A stretch of DNA of 64,000 nt from Planctomycetota bacterium (GTDB lineage: Bacteria; Planctomycetota; UBA1135). Both the position numbers and the translations under genes were made by a program. The notes under the pieces were generated by a model. The model saw nothing but the letters and a program-made list of their open reading frames with translations. It made no database searches and was not told the DNA's origin. Location: assembly GCA_002705055.1 (NCBI GenBank), contig PAHY01000042.1, positions 111,350-175,349 on the forward strand. Direction: 5' to 3'. Below, one piece after another: positions 41,611 through 50,761 of this stretch; positions within the stretch are counted from its first letter, which is position 1; every line of letters starts with the position of its first letter.

Positions 41611-43347
41611 ATGCTGGCCAGTTTCCCCTCCAGTTTGGTCAACCCGGGTTCACACGCGCGCCTGCTGCTCCTTTTGGGCCTGCTGGCGGCGGCGCCGAGC
41701 TGCACCCAGAACTACCCCGAGCCGGTCGCGGGCGGCCCGCTCGACCCCACGCCGGGAGCGCAGACGGATCCTCAGGAGGGCCCCAGCCTGGAGTCCTTCC
41801 TCGAGCGCGCCCAACAGCCCGAGGCCGATCTGAACGCGCTGCTCGTCGAGCTCGAACGCGAGGAAGAGCGATTCGCCCAGGAGCCGCTCTACTGGAAGGC
41901 CTTCGGCGGGGTCAGCCTGGCCTTCGCCCAGCAGCAGGAGGCGCGCGGCGAGGTCGATGCCCTGGACGTCATGTTCAACGACGCGGAATGGGCCTACGGC
42001 AAGGCGATCGAGCTCGACGCCAACGATCTGGAGGCGCGCCGCGGGCTGGTCTATGCGCGCCGCATGCTGGGTGATTTTGAGGGCGCCTGGGAGGCCGTCC
42101 TCCCCGCCGTCGACGCCGGCAAGGAAGCCAGCCAGCCGGCCTGGGACGAAGAGCTCGGCCGCGTCGGCCTCGCTCTGGTGATCGAGGCGATGCAGGCATC
42201 CCAGCCGGTGCCGCCTGCCGCGCTGCCAGCCGAGAACGCGCTCGGCCGCGCGATTGAGGCCGGCAGCGCCAGCGCCTCGATCGCGCTCGCTGATCTGCTC
42301 GCCTGGCAAGGCCGCGGCGCCGAAGGCCGCGAGATCCTCGTCGAAGCGCTCCTGCGCGACCCGAACCACGCCGACGCGGTCGGCCGTCTGCAAAACCTCA
42401 CCCCCAGCGACGCGCAGGTCGTGGCCTGGGAGCGCATCCGCCGGGCCCACCCGGACGCCCCGGTCGTGCAGTGGCGCCTCGGCGAGGCGCTGTGGAATCT
42501 GCACTGGCTCCACCGCCAAAACCGCAACTGGTTCGGCGCGCACGACGCGCTGGATCGTGCGGAGTCGCTGTTCCTGGCCGCGCAGGCCGGCGAGCCGAGC
42601 TACCTCGAGAGCTGCGGCCAGTGGCTGCACCTGGTGCGGACCGCCCACGGCTGGATCTACTGGAGCCAGAGCCTGGTCGACGATGCGGCGGACGCTTTCC
42701 TGGCTGCCCTCGAAGCCGACCCGGACCGCCTCGAGGCCGAGCCGGTCGCCGAATCGCTGCGGCTCGGCATCTACTCGGTGGAAGGGCACTACTTCGCCCA
42801 GAACCGTCTGGATAAGGCGCGGACCTTCCACCGCCGCCTGTTCGACACCTACCGCGACAACCCGGACTGGACCAACAACTACGCCTTCGCCTGCCGCGAG
42901 GTGGGCCTGGCGCTGGCCGCGCAGGACGAACTTGAGGACGCCCAGGCGGTCTGGCAGGAGTCCTGGCGCGCCTACACCCGCACCGTCGAGCTGGCCCCCG
43001 AAGACGTCCGGCTGGTCAATGACCGCGCCCTGATCGCCGTCTACTACCTCGAGGACGAGACGCACCTGCCGCTCGCGGAACAGGAGTTGCACAGAGCAAC
43101 CCAGTTGGGCCAGCAACAGCTGGCTGAACTACCCGGAGATGTTCCCGCCAGGGAACGTCGGGATCTCGACGAAGCTGTCGGTGACGCCTGGGAAAACTTG
43201 GCCTATCTGGACGTGATGCGCAGGCAGCGTCTCGACCGGGCGGAGGACTTCCTGACCCAAGCCGTCAAGCACTTCCCCTTCGAGAGCCGCCCGGGCGTCG
43301 TCGCGATTCGCTCCGAAATCGAGCGCTTGCGCTCCGAGAACCCCTGA
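41611..43347 (+). CDS. TPR-repeat lipoprotein
   Basis: LLAAAPSC lipobox, YGKAIELDAND and YTRTVELAPED repeats. TATAAT lies 7 nt before ATG 41611; ATG 41602 is the alternative start. Confidence 0.75.
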   Translation: MLASFPSSLVNPGSHARLLLLLGLLAAAPSCTQNYPEPVAGGPLDPTPGAQTDPQEGPSLESFLERAQQPEADLNALLVELEREEERFAQEPLYWKAFGGVSLAFAQQQEARGEVDALDVMFNDAEWAYGKAIELDANDLEARRGLVYARRMLGDFEGAWEAVLPAVDAGKEASQPAWDEELGRVGLALVIEAMQASQPVPPAALPAENALGRAIEAGSASASIALADLLAWQGRGAEGREILVEALLRDPNHADAVGRLQNLTPSDAQVVAWERIRRAHPDAPVVQWRLGEALWNLHWLHRQNRNWFGAHDALDRAESLFLAAQAGEPSYLESCGQWLHLVRTAHGWIYWSQSLVDDAADAFLAALEADPDRLEAEPVAESLRLGIYSVEGHYFAQNRLDKARTFHRRLFDTYRDNPDWTNNYAFACREVGLALAAQDELEDAQAVWQESWRAYTRTVELAPEDVRLVNDRALIAVYYLEDETHLPLAEQELHRATQLGQQQLAELPGDVPARERRDLDEAVGDAWENLAYLDVMRRQRLDRAEDFLTQAVKHFPFESRPGVVAIRSEIERLRSENP

Positions 43348-43355
43348 ACCCCATC

Positions 43356-44840
43356 ATGATCCTCTCGACTCTGCTCCTGCTCCTGCCCCAGGCGGGCGAC
43401 CTGAAGGCCGCCCTGACCGAGGCCAAGGCCCAAGCCGAGCGCGGCCAGTTCGCGGCCGCCGTGACCACCCTCGAGGACGCGGGCGCGCTCGACTCGAAGA
43501 ACGCCGACGCGCTCACTGCGCTGGGCACCTACATGCTGCGCAACACCGAAGCGCAGATCGCTGCCGGCACCTTGCGCGGGCTCGCCATCAACGATGGCTT
43601 TTTGCAGGCCGGCTACGTGCTTGAAGAAGCGGCGCAGCTCGGCGGCGCCCCGATCGGCGCCTTCGAGAACTGGTCGGAAGCGCTGCTGAACGGGGGTGAC
43701 AAGCGCAACGCGCTGCGCGCCGCGGAAGCCGCGATTGACAAGTTCCCCAAGGACCCGCGCGGCCTGATGCAGCGCGGTCGCGTGCTGGTGGCGATGGCCA
43801 ACGACAGCACCGAAGTCAGCGATAAGGTCGACGCCTTCGATCAGGCCATCGCCGATTACCGCGCGGCCATGAAGCTCGATAAGAAGGACACCGCGGCCTG
43901 CCTGAAGCTGGGTGAGACCCTGATCCTGGCGAGCTACGCCGACCCGGAAGGCGGCAAGCCCGCCGAAGCGCGCAAGGAAGCGGCGCAGGCCTGGCAGGAA
44001 GCGCTCGACCGCAATGCCGCGGCCGTCGACCTCTCGACCATGTGCCAATGGCTGCACGGCGAGGCCGTCCCGCTGCTGCAGAAGCTCGACAAGTCGAAGG
44101 GCAAGGACGCCACCATGGCCTGGTACATGGGCTTCGCCGAGTACAACGGCCAGCCGCGTGACTGGGAAGAGGTGCGCAAGCACTTCGAGAAGGCGCTCGA
44201 GCTCTCGCCCGAGATGTACAACTGCCACTTCTTCCTGGCGCAGGGCGCCTTCGATCGCGGGGCGCAGCTGCAGGCCGAGAACAACAACGAGATGTCGCAG
44301 GCCTCGCGCAACGCCTATCTCTATTCGGCGATTCAGTGGGGCAAGTACCTCGAGACCCAAGGCCCAGTTCACCGCAACGCCACGCTGGCCGCCGCCGATG
44401 GCGGCGCCTCGGCGATCGCCACCCTGAAGTGGATCGCGGGCCAGGCCGTGGGCAGCGGTCGCTTCGAACCGGCGATTCAGATCTCGAAGTGGATCACCGA
44501 GACCACGCCGAACGACGTCGAAGCCTGGAATAACTTGGCCTTCCTTTACCGCGACTCGGGTCAGGCTGAGAAGTCGCTGGCCGCCTACGCCAAGTCGGCC
44601 GAGCTCGCCCCGGAGGATCCGCAGGTCCTGAACGACTGGGCCGTGATCTACCACTACTACCTCAAGACCGAGGACGAGAAGGCCAAGGGCCTCTATCGCA
44701 AGGCGATCGAGCTCGCCGAGGAGATCCTGGCCGATGACACCGGCCTGTCGACCGACGACAAGCAGCGGATTCAGATCGGCCTCCGCGACGCACGGAACAA
44801 CCTTCGCAAGCTCGAGGCAGGCAACCGCCGCAACGGCTAG
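43356..44840 (+). CDS. Exported TPR-repeat protein
   Basis: Short signal, FEKALELSPE, AWNNLAFLYRD, YAKSAELAPEDPQVLND. Confidence 0.8.
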   Translation: MILSTLLLLLPQAGDLKAALTEAKAQAERGQFAAAVTTLEDAGALDSKNADALTALGTYMLRNTEAQIAAGTLRGLAINDGFLQAGYVLEEAAQLGGAPIGAFENWSEALLNGGDKRNALRAAEAAIDKFPKDPRGLMQRGRVLVAMANDSTEVSDKVDAFDQAIADYRAAMKLDKKDTAACLKLGETLILASYADPEGGKPAEARKEAAQAWQEALDRNAAAVDLSTMCQWLHGEAVPLLQKLDKSKGKDATMAWYMGFAEYNGQPRDWEEVRKHFEKALELSPEMYNCHFFLAQGAFDRGAQLQAENNNEMSQASRNAYLYSAIQWGKYLETQGPVHRNATLAAADGGASAIATLKWIAGQAVGSGRFEPAIQISKWITETTPNDVEAWNNLAFLYRDSGQAEKSLAAYAKSAELAPEDPQVLNDWAVIYHYYLKTEDEKAKGLYRKAIELAEEILADDTGLSTDDKQRIQIGLRDARNNLRKLEAGNRRNG

Positions 44841-44864
44841 GCTCCGCGCCTTCTGGCCGTTTCC

Positions 44865-44896
44865 AAGCGACCCGGCAACGGGGCGCTTTCTTTTTT
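44865..44896 (+). terminator. Intrinsic terminator
   Basis: aagcg.ccc.g-gcaa-c.ggg.cgctt stem followed by tctttttt. Confidence 0.65.
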
Positions 44897-44923
44897 CCTC
44901 CACGCAGGCCTAGAATCCGCTTC

Positions 44924-46279
44924 ATGCGTGTGCTGATCGGCGGGGAAGACGAGCTTGCGGTCTCGCTTGCCGAGGTGCTGATGCAAGACCACGACGTCAC
45001 GGTGCTGGCCCCATCGTCGATGCGTGGCAGCAGCCTCGACCGACTCGACGTCGAAGTGCGCTGGGGGTCGTGCTCCTCCTCCACGGCGCTGCAGTCGGCC
45101 AACGTCGACCAGGCTGAGTTCTTCATCGCCTGCACTCCAGCCGACGAGCGCAACCTGGTGGCCGCCGCGGCCGCCAAGCGACTGGGCGCCAAGCAGGCGA
45201 TCTGCTTCCTGCGTCGTCACGAAGTGCAGGCCAACGAACGCGAGGCCGAACGGCTGGCGCTGTCGCTGGGCATCGACCAGGTCATTCTGCCGGCCGAGCG
45301 CCTGGCCCGCGAGATTCTGCGCATCGTCATGGTGCCCGGCGCGCTCGACGTAGTCGCCTTCGAAGGCGGTCGGGTGCGTCTGGTGCGCAAGGAGATTCCG
45401 GAAGGCTCGCACCTCACCACGGGAACGCTGCGCGAGATCGGCGTTCCGCAGGGCGTGGTTCTGGTGACATGCCGCCGCGATGAAGAGCTGTTCATCCCCA
45501 AGGGGGACACGCGCTTCCGCCCCGGTGATCAGGTCACCGCGATGGGCGATCAGAAGGGCATCAACAAGTTCATGACGCGCTTTCTGGGCGACCGCCAACG
45601 GCGCGACCTCCGACGCGCGACCGTGGTCGGCGGCGGGGTCGTGGGCCTGACGGTGGCCAAAGGCCTGGAGAGCGCCGGTTGGACAGTCAAGGTGGTCGAG
45701 AGCAATGAGCGGCGAGCCAATGAGATCGCGCAGCAGCTCAAGTCGATGGTCCTGCATGGCGATGGCACCGACCTCGAGCTGCTTGCGGAGGAACACATCG
45801 GCGAGGATCCGGTGCTGATCGCGGTCACCAGTCGCGACGAGGTCAACCTGCTGGTCTCGCTGCTCGCCAAACAGGAAGGCGTGCCGCGCATTATCACCCG
45901 CGCCGACCGCATGACCAACGAGCGACTGTTCGAGAAGGTCGGCATCGATGTGGTGCGTTCGGCCCAGGGCGCGGCGATTCACTCGGTGCTGCGCAAGATC
46001 TCGCGCAGCCGCGACGAGCCGATCGCAGAACTCGAACATGGCGATCTGAAGGTGCTGCGCCTGCCGGTGCGCGAGGACTTCCCGCCCACTCCGCTGGCGC
46101 AGATGCGCGCGCCGGTGTTCGCGATCGTCGGAGCGGTTTCCCGCGGCGGGAACGTGCTGATTCCGCAGGGCGACACCGTCATTGAGGCCGGCGACACGCT
46201 GCTGACCATCTGCACCGCCGAGGACGAGGAGGAAGCCCGCAACTTCTTCTCCAACTTCTCCGGGGCCTCCGCCGACTGA
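44924..46279 (+). CDS. trkA: Trk potassium uptake regulatory subunit TrkA
   Basis: Two RCK N/C pairs, VGGGVVG, GDGTDLELL. Adjacent to trkH. Confidence 0.93.
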   Translation: MRVLIGGEDELAVSLAEVLMQDHDVTVLAPSSMRGSSLDRLDVEVRWGSCSSSTALQSANVDQAEFFIACTPADERNLVAAAAAKRLGAKQAICFLRRHEVQANEREAERLALSLGIDQVILPAERLAREILRIVMVPGALDVVAFEGGRVRLVRKEIPEGSHLTTGTLREIGVPQGVVLVTCRRDEELFIPKGDTRFRPGDQVTAMGDQKGINKFMTRFLGDRQRRDLRRATVVGGGVVGLTVAKGLESAGWTVKVVESNERRANEIAQQLKSMVLHGDGTDLELLAEEHIGEDPVLIAVTSRDEVNLLVSLLAKQEGVPRIITRADRMTNERLFEKVGIDVVRSAQGAAIHSVLRKISRSRDEPIAELEHGDLKVLRLPVREDFPPTPLAQMRAPVFAIVGAVSRGGNVLIPQGDTVIEAGDTLLTICTAEDEEEARNFFSNFSGASAD

Positions 46280-46283
46280 GTCG

Positions 46284-47777
46284 ATGCGCATCTCCCGAGT
46301 GCTCGGAGTGATCGGACGCCTGCTGCGGGTGTTCTGCCTGGGCTTCCTGCCGCCGCTGGCACTTTGCCTCTGGGATGGCTACCAGGGTGTCGCCGGCCAG
46401 TACCAGGCCGCGGGTCAGTTTGCGCTGGCCCTCGCCATCACCTGGCTGGCGGGCACGGTCTTCGCGCATGGCTTCATCCCGCGCCCCGACGTCCGCCGCG
46501 CGGAAGCGTTGGGTGTGGTCGCGGGCTCGTGGCTGGTGATCTCCGCCTTCTCAGGCATCCCCTACCTGTTCGCCGGCCTGTCCTGGGACGACGCGCTGTT
46601 CGAGTCGATGTCCGGCTTCACCACGACCGGCGCGACCATCCTGCGCGACTTCGACGCCTACGGGCGCGGCTTCTTCCTGTGGCGCTCGATGACTCAGTGG
46701 TTCGGCGGCTTGGGAGTCATCGCGCTATTCGTGGTCGTCCTGCCGCAGCTCGGGATCGCCGGTCGCCAGCTCTTCTTCGCCGAGACTTCGACGGCGCCCA
46801 GCGAAGTGGTGGGATCGCGCGTCCGTGAGAGCGCGCGGCGGCTGTGGTTTCTCTACGTCACGCTGACGGCGGCGCTCGTCGCAGCGCTCATGCTGGGCGC
46901 AGGTTTTCCGCTCTATGAATCGGTCTGCCACGCGCTCACGACGATGTCGGCGGGCGGCTTCTCGCCGAACGGCGAGTCGATCGCAGGCTACGCCAACCCG
47001 GCGGCCGAGTGGATCCTGGTCGTCTTCATGCTGATCGCCGGCACCAGCTTCCCGCTGCTCTGGGTGGGCATGACGCGCAACCCGCTCGAGGTCTGGAAGG
47101 ACGGCGAGTTCCGCTTCTACCTGCTCGCTGCGGCCCTGGGCTGCGGCATGCTGGCCTTCCTGCTGGCGCCGAGCCTGCCCGGCGAGGCCGAGCTGCGCGC
47201 GGGCGCCTTCCAGGCGGCATCGCTGATCTCCAGTACCGGCTTTGCCAGCACCAACTACGACCTGTGGGGTGACGCCGCCAAGGCGGTGCTGATCATGGTC
47301 ATGCTGGTCGGGGGCTGCGCCGGCTCAGCCGCCGGTGGCCCCAAGGCGATCCGCAATCTGTTCGCGCTGAAGTTCGTGTGGCGCGAGATCACGCGCTCGC
47401 TGCACCCGCGCGCGGTGCTGCCGCTGCGCCACAAAGGCAAGGCCGTGCCCGATCCGATCGTGCGCGCGGTCCTCAACCTGATCTTCCTCTACCTGATCGG
47501 GCACTTCGTCATCGGCCTGCTGCTCACGCTCACCGGCGAGAGCCTGGTGACCAGCTTCACCGCGGCGCTGGCCTGCCTGGGCAACATCGGCCCTGGCTTC
47601 GAGGCGGTCGGCCCGATGGGTAACTTCGCCGACTTCTCCACTCCGGCCAAGCTGCTGCTCACGTTCGCGATGTGGCTGGGCCGACTCGAAGTCGTCACCG
47701 TGCTCGCGCTGCTGCACCCGGACGTCTTGCGCCGGCTGCGCTGGAAGGACGAGCAGACCAACCGCGCGGCCTCCTAG
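46284..47777 (+). CDS. trkH: Trk potassium uptake membrane subunit TrkH
   Basis: FESMSGFTTTGAT, QWFGGLG, GGCAGSAAGG, LGNIGPG, MWLGRLE. Confidence 0.95.
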   Translation: MRISRVLGVIGRLLRVFCLGFLPPLALCLWDGYQGVAGQYQAAGQFALALAITWLAGTVFAHGFIPRPDVRRAEALGVVAGSWLVISAFSGIPYLFAGLSWDDALFESMSGFTTTGATILRDFDAYGRGFFLWRSMTQWFGGLGVIALFVVVLPQLGIAGRQLFFAETSTAPSEVVGSRVRESARRLWFLYVTLTAALVAALMLGAGFPLYESVCHALTTMSAGGFSPNGESIAGYANPAAEWILVVFMLIAGTSFPLLWVGMTRNPLEVWKDGEFRFYLLAAALGCGMLAFLLAPSLPGEAELRAGAFQAASLISSTGFASTNYDLWGDAAKAVLIMVMLVGGCAGSAAGGPKAIRNLFALKFVWREITRSLHPRAVLPLRHKGKAVPDPIVRAVLNLIFLYLIGHFVIGLLLTLTGESLVTSFTAALACLGNIGPGFEAVGPMGNFADFSTPAKLLLTFAMWLGRLEVVTVLALLHPDVLRRLRWKDEQTNRAAS

Positions 47778-47793
47778 CCGCGTCACTGGAGTC

Positions 47794-47988
47794 ATGACTC
47801 AGGACCCCGTCTCGCCCTGCAGCGGCGTCTGCTTGCTCGACGCCCGCTTTGGCTGGTGCGCCGGCTGCTTCCGCCGCCCCACCGAGATCCGCGATTGGCC
47901 GACCGCCAGCGCGGAGCAGAAGCAGGCGATTCTGGACCGGCTCGATGAGCGCGAAGCCGAGGCGCAGGCGACGGACCAGGGCGAATAA
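47794..47988 (+). CDS. DUF1289 family small Cys-rich protein
   Basis: SPCSGVC...WCAGCFRRPTEIRDW. Confidence 0.8.
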   Translation: MTQDPVSPCSGVCLLDARFGWCAGCFRRPTEIRDWPTASAEQKQAILDRLDEREAEAQATDQGE

Positions 47989-48026
47989 ATAAAAGTCCTT
48001 GTCGAATATTTATTCGACCCTATCCT
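47980..48026 (+). promoter_or_regulatory. Tandem ARG boxes overlapping the arg operon promoter
   Basis: Box 1 ggcGAATaaatAaaagtc (47980-47997), 3-bp spacer, palindromic box 2 gtcGAATatttATTCgac (48001-48018). -35 TTGTCG at 47999 and -10 TATCCT at 48021. Confidence 0.8.
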
Positions 48027-48032
48027 GGCGGC

Positions 48033-48461
48033 TTGCCCACCGCCCAAGCACGCCGTCGCGCCCTGGTCGAGATTCTCGAACAGGGCGACGCCCAGAGCCA
48101 GGCCGAGATCCTCGACGCCCTGGCTGACGCGGGCCATCCCACGACGCAGCCGGTCGTCAGTCGCGACCTGCGCGCGCTCGGCGCGATGAAGGCGGATGGG
48201 CGCTACCTGCTGCCGCAGGAAGAGCGGGTCACCCCGCTCGAGTCGCTCGCCACGCTGCTGCGCGACGCCCGCGCTGCTGGCTCGAACATGGTGGTCGTGG
48301 TCTGCGAGCCGGGCGCCGCCAGCGCGATCGCCCGTGCCCTCGAAGCCGAAGGTGATCTGCCGATCCTCGGGACGGTCGCCGGGGACGACACCGTGTTCGT
48401 CGCCACCGCCAGCCGCCGTGAGGGCGACCGCGTCCGCAACCGGGTCCTCGCCCTCGTCTAG
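48033..48461 (+). CDS. argR: Arginine repressor
   Basis: SQAEI...TQPVVSRDL, PGAASAIA, GTVAGDDT. Confidence 0.92.
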   Translation: MPTAQARRRALVEILEQGDAQSQAEILDALADAGHPTTQPVVSRDLRALGAMKADGRYLLPQEERVTPLESLATLLRDARAAGSNMVVVVCEPGAASAIARALEAEGDLPILGTVAGDDTVFVATASRREGDRVRNRVLALV

Positions 48462-48485
48462 GCTCTCTTCCCCCTGCTGATTCCC

Positions 48486-49691
48486 ATGCGCATTCTGCTC
48501 GCCTACTCTGGCGGTCTCGACACCTCCTATCTCGTTGCCAAGCTGAGCCGGGAAGGTCATGAGGTCGTCGCCTGCACCATCGACTGCGGCGGCTTCGATG
48601 AGGCGGAACGTCTCACGATCGCCGAACGCGCCCAGCTCTACGGTGCGAAGCAGCACCTGTTTCTGGAGGCGCGCGCGATCATGTTCGAACGGGTGCTGCG
48701 CTGGCTGATCGCCGCCAACGTCTTGCGCGGACGGGTCTACCCGCTGTCGGTCGGCGCCGAGCGCGGCCTGCAGGCGGAGCTGCTCGCTGCGCACGCCGTG
48801 GAGCACGGCTTCGACGCCCTCGCCCATGGCTGCACGGCTGCCGGCAACGACCAGGTCCGCTTCGACGCCGCGCTGCGCGTGATCGCCCCGCAGGTTCAGG
48901 TGCTCGCCCCGATTCGCGACGAAGCGCCGAGCCGCGAGGAGCAGACCGCCTGGCTGGAGGCGCAGGGCCTGCCGCTTCCCCAATCGGGTGGGCGGTTCTC
49001 GATCAACGCCGGCCTGTGGGGGCTCACCCTCGGCGGCGGCCCGCTGCTTCAAGAGGACGGCGAGTTTCCCGAGGATGGCTGGGTCTGGACGCAGCCTCAG
49101 GCAGACGCACCGCAGTCCGTCACGGTCAGCTTCGAAGGCGGCGTCCCCTGCGCGCTCGACGGTGTACCGATGGATCCGGTCGCGCTGATCGAAACGCTGA
49201 ATGAACGCGCCGGTGCGGCCGGGGTCGGTCGCGGCTTCCACCTCGGCGACACGGTGCTGGGCATCAAGGGCCGCATCGCTTTCGAGGCTCCGGCCGCGAT
49301 GGTCCTGCTCGAAGCGCACCGCGAACTTGAGAAGCTGGTGCTGACCGAGGATCAGCGCTTCTGGAAGGACCACCTCGGCGAGGTCTACGGCCGCCATCTG
49401 CACCAGGGCCGCTTCCATGATCCGCTGCTGCGTGATCTTGAGGCGATGTTCCGCAGCAGCCAGAGCCGGGTCAGCGGCTGGGCCAAGCTCAGCCTCGTCG
49501 GCGGCCAGGCCCAGGTCGTGGCCATGCAGTCGCCGCACTCGATGATGCGCGCCAGCGACGCGGCCTACGGCGAACGCGCCGCGACCGATGCCGACGCCGC
49601 GGGCCTGCGCACCTTCGCCCGTGTCCTGGCTGAACCCGCTGCGCTGCACGCCCGGGCCGGCCAACTGCAAGAGCATGAGGCGCTGACATGA
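48486..49691 (+). CDS. argG: Argininosuccinate synthase
   Basis: LAYSGGLDTS, YPLSVGAER, HGCTAAGNDQVRF, FSINAGLWG, GIKGRIAFEAP. Confidence 0.95.
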   Translation: MRILLAYSGGLDTSYLVAKLSREGHEVVACTIDCGGFDEAERLTIAERAQLYGAKQHLFLEARAIMFERVLRWLIAANVLRGRVYPLSVGAERGLQAELLAAHAVEHGFDALAHGCTAAGNDQVRFDAALRVIAPQVQVLAPIRDEAPSREEQTAWLEAQGLPLPQSGGRFSINAGLWGLTLGGGPLLQEDGEFPEDGWVWTQPQADAPQSVTVSFEGGVPCALDGVPMDPVALIETLNERAGAAGVGRGFHLGDTVLGIKGRIAFEAPAAMVLLEAHRELEKLVLTEDQRFWKDHLGEVYGRHLHQGRFHDPLLRDLEAMFRSSQSRVSGWAKLSLVGGQAQVVAMQSPHSMMRASDAAYGERAATDADAAGLRTFARVLAEPAALHARAGQLQEHEALT

Positions 49692-50761
49692 GGCGCGTCA
49701 CCGTCAACAAGATCGCTTCGATCGCCCAACGGCTGGCCCTGCGCAAGCAGGTCGTGCTGGGGCCGGACATCCCGGCTCAGACCGGCACGGTGGTGGTCGG
49801 TCGCGTGCTGACCAGCAAGACCACCTACAACAAGCTGGAGGACATCACCGGCCGCATGACTGAACTGCGGCCCGGCGATCTGATCGTCGGCGCGCTCGGC
49901 GCGCGTCACGCCCTGCACGGCTACTCCGGTCGCGTGCCGGAGCGGGTCCAGGTGGGCGACCGCCTGCAGCTGCTCAACATCGGCGGTGTCCTGGGCGTGG
50001 GCGCCAGCCCGGCCCCGGGCTTAGGCGCGCCGCACGAGGTCGAGGTGCTGGGCTGCGTCCAGCAGTTTCATGGCCTCGACCGCGGGGTCGGGCGACCTGC
50101 GAACATCGCAGATGCCGCCCTGGAGAAACTGCCTCTGCCGGCCCAGCTGCCGCCGGTTCTGACGCTGCTCGGCACCTCGATGGACGCCGGCAAGACCACG
50201 GCCGCCGCCGTGATCGTCGGCGGGCTGACGCGCCGCGGCCTGCGGGTTGCAGGCGGCAAGCTGACCGGCGTTTCACTGCGCCGCGACATCCTGCAGATGG
50301 CCGATGCCGGCGCCGATCCGGTCAGCCTGTTCACCGATTTTGGCGTGGTGACCTCCAGCCCGGAGAACGCTCCGCCGACCGCGCGCGCCATCCTCGCGCA
50401 CCTGGCTGAATCGGAGCCTGATCTGATCGTGCTGGAAATGGGCGACGGCCTGCTGGGCACCTATGGCGTGCAGGCCATCCTTGACGCGCCGGACCTGCGG
50501 GCGGCGACGACTGCGATCGTGCTCTGCGCCCAGGATCCGGTCGGCGCATGGGGCGCACAGCAGCTGCTGGCCGATCGTCACGAGGCCCGCGCCTCGCTCG
50601 TCTCCGGACCGGTCACGGACAACCCGGTGGGCCGCGAGTTCTGCGAGAAGCAGCTGGGCCTCCCGGCGTACAACGCGCTGCTCGCTCCCGCCGAGCTGGT
50701 GGACGGCTGCCTCGATGCCCTGGAACTCCCGCGCGGCGCGGTCGCCGTGCCCTCCCCATGA
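49688..50761 (+). CDS. DUF1611/DgcN-like P-loop-fold protein; candidate alternative N-acylglutamate synthase
   Basis: GTSMDAGKTT, GGKLTG...RD...DAGA...FTDFG..TS, DLIVLEMGDG. ATGA overlaps with both argG and argC. The family call is from motif recognition and the function is inferred. Confidence 0.7.
   Translation: MRRVTVNKIASIAQRLALRKQVVLGPDIPAQTGTVVVGRVLTSKTTYNKLEDITGRMTELRPGDLIVGALGARHALHGYSGRVPERVQVGDRLQLLNIGGVLGVGASPAPGLGAPHEVEVLGCVQQFHGLDRGVGRPANIADAALEKLPLPAQLPPVLTLLGTSMDAGKTTAAAVIVGGLTRRGLRVAGGKLTGVSLRRDILQMADAGADPVSLFTDFGVVTSSPENAPPTARAILAHLAESEPDLIVLEMGDGLLGTYGVQAILDAPDLRAATTAIVLCAQDPVGAWGAQQLLADRHEARASLVSGPVTDNPVGREFCEKQLGLPAYNALLAPAELVDGCLDALELPRGAVAVPSP

Noticed and set aside
49688-50761. 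Gene X as MobB, dethiobiotin synthetase or a GNAT ArgA
   Set aside because: Only the P-loop-like motif is shared. Length, N-terminal domain and context do not fit, and no GNAT acetyl-CoA motif is visible.
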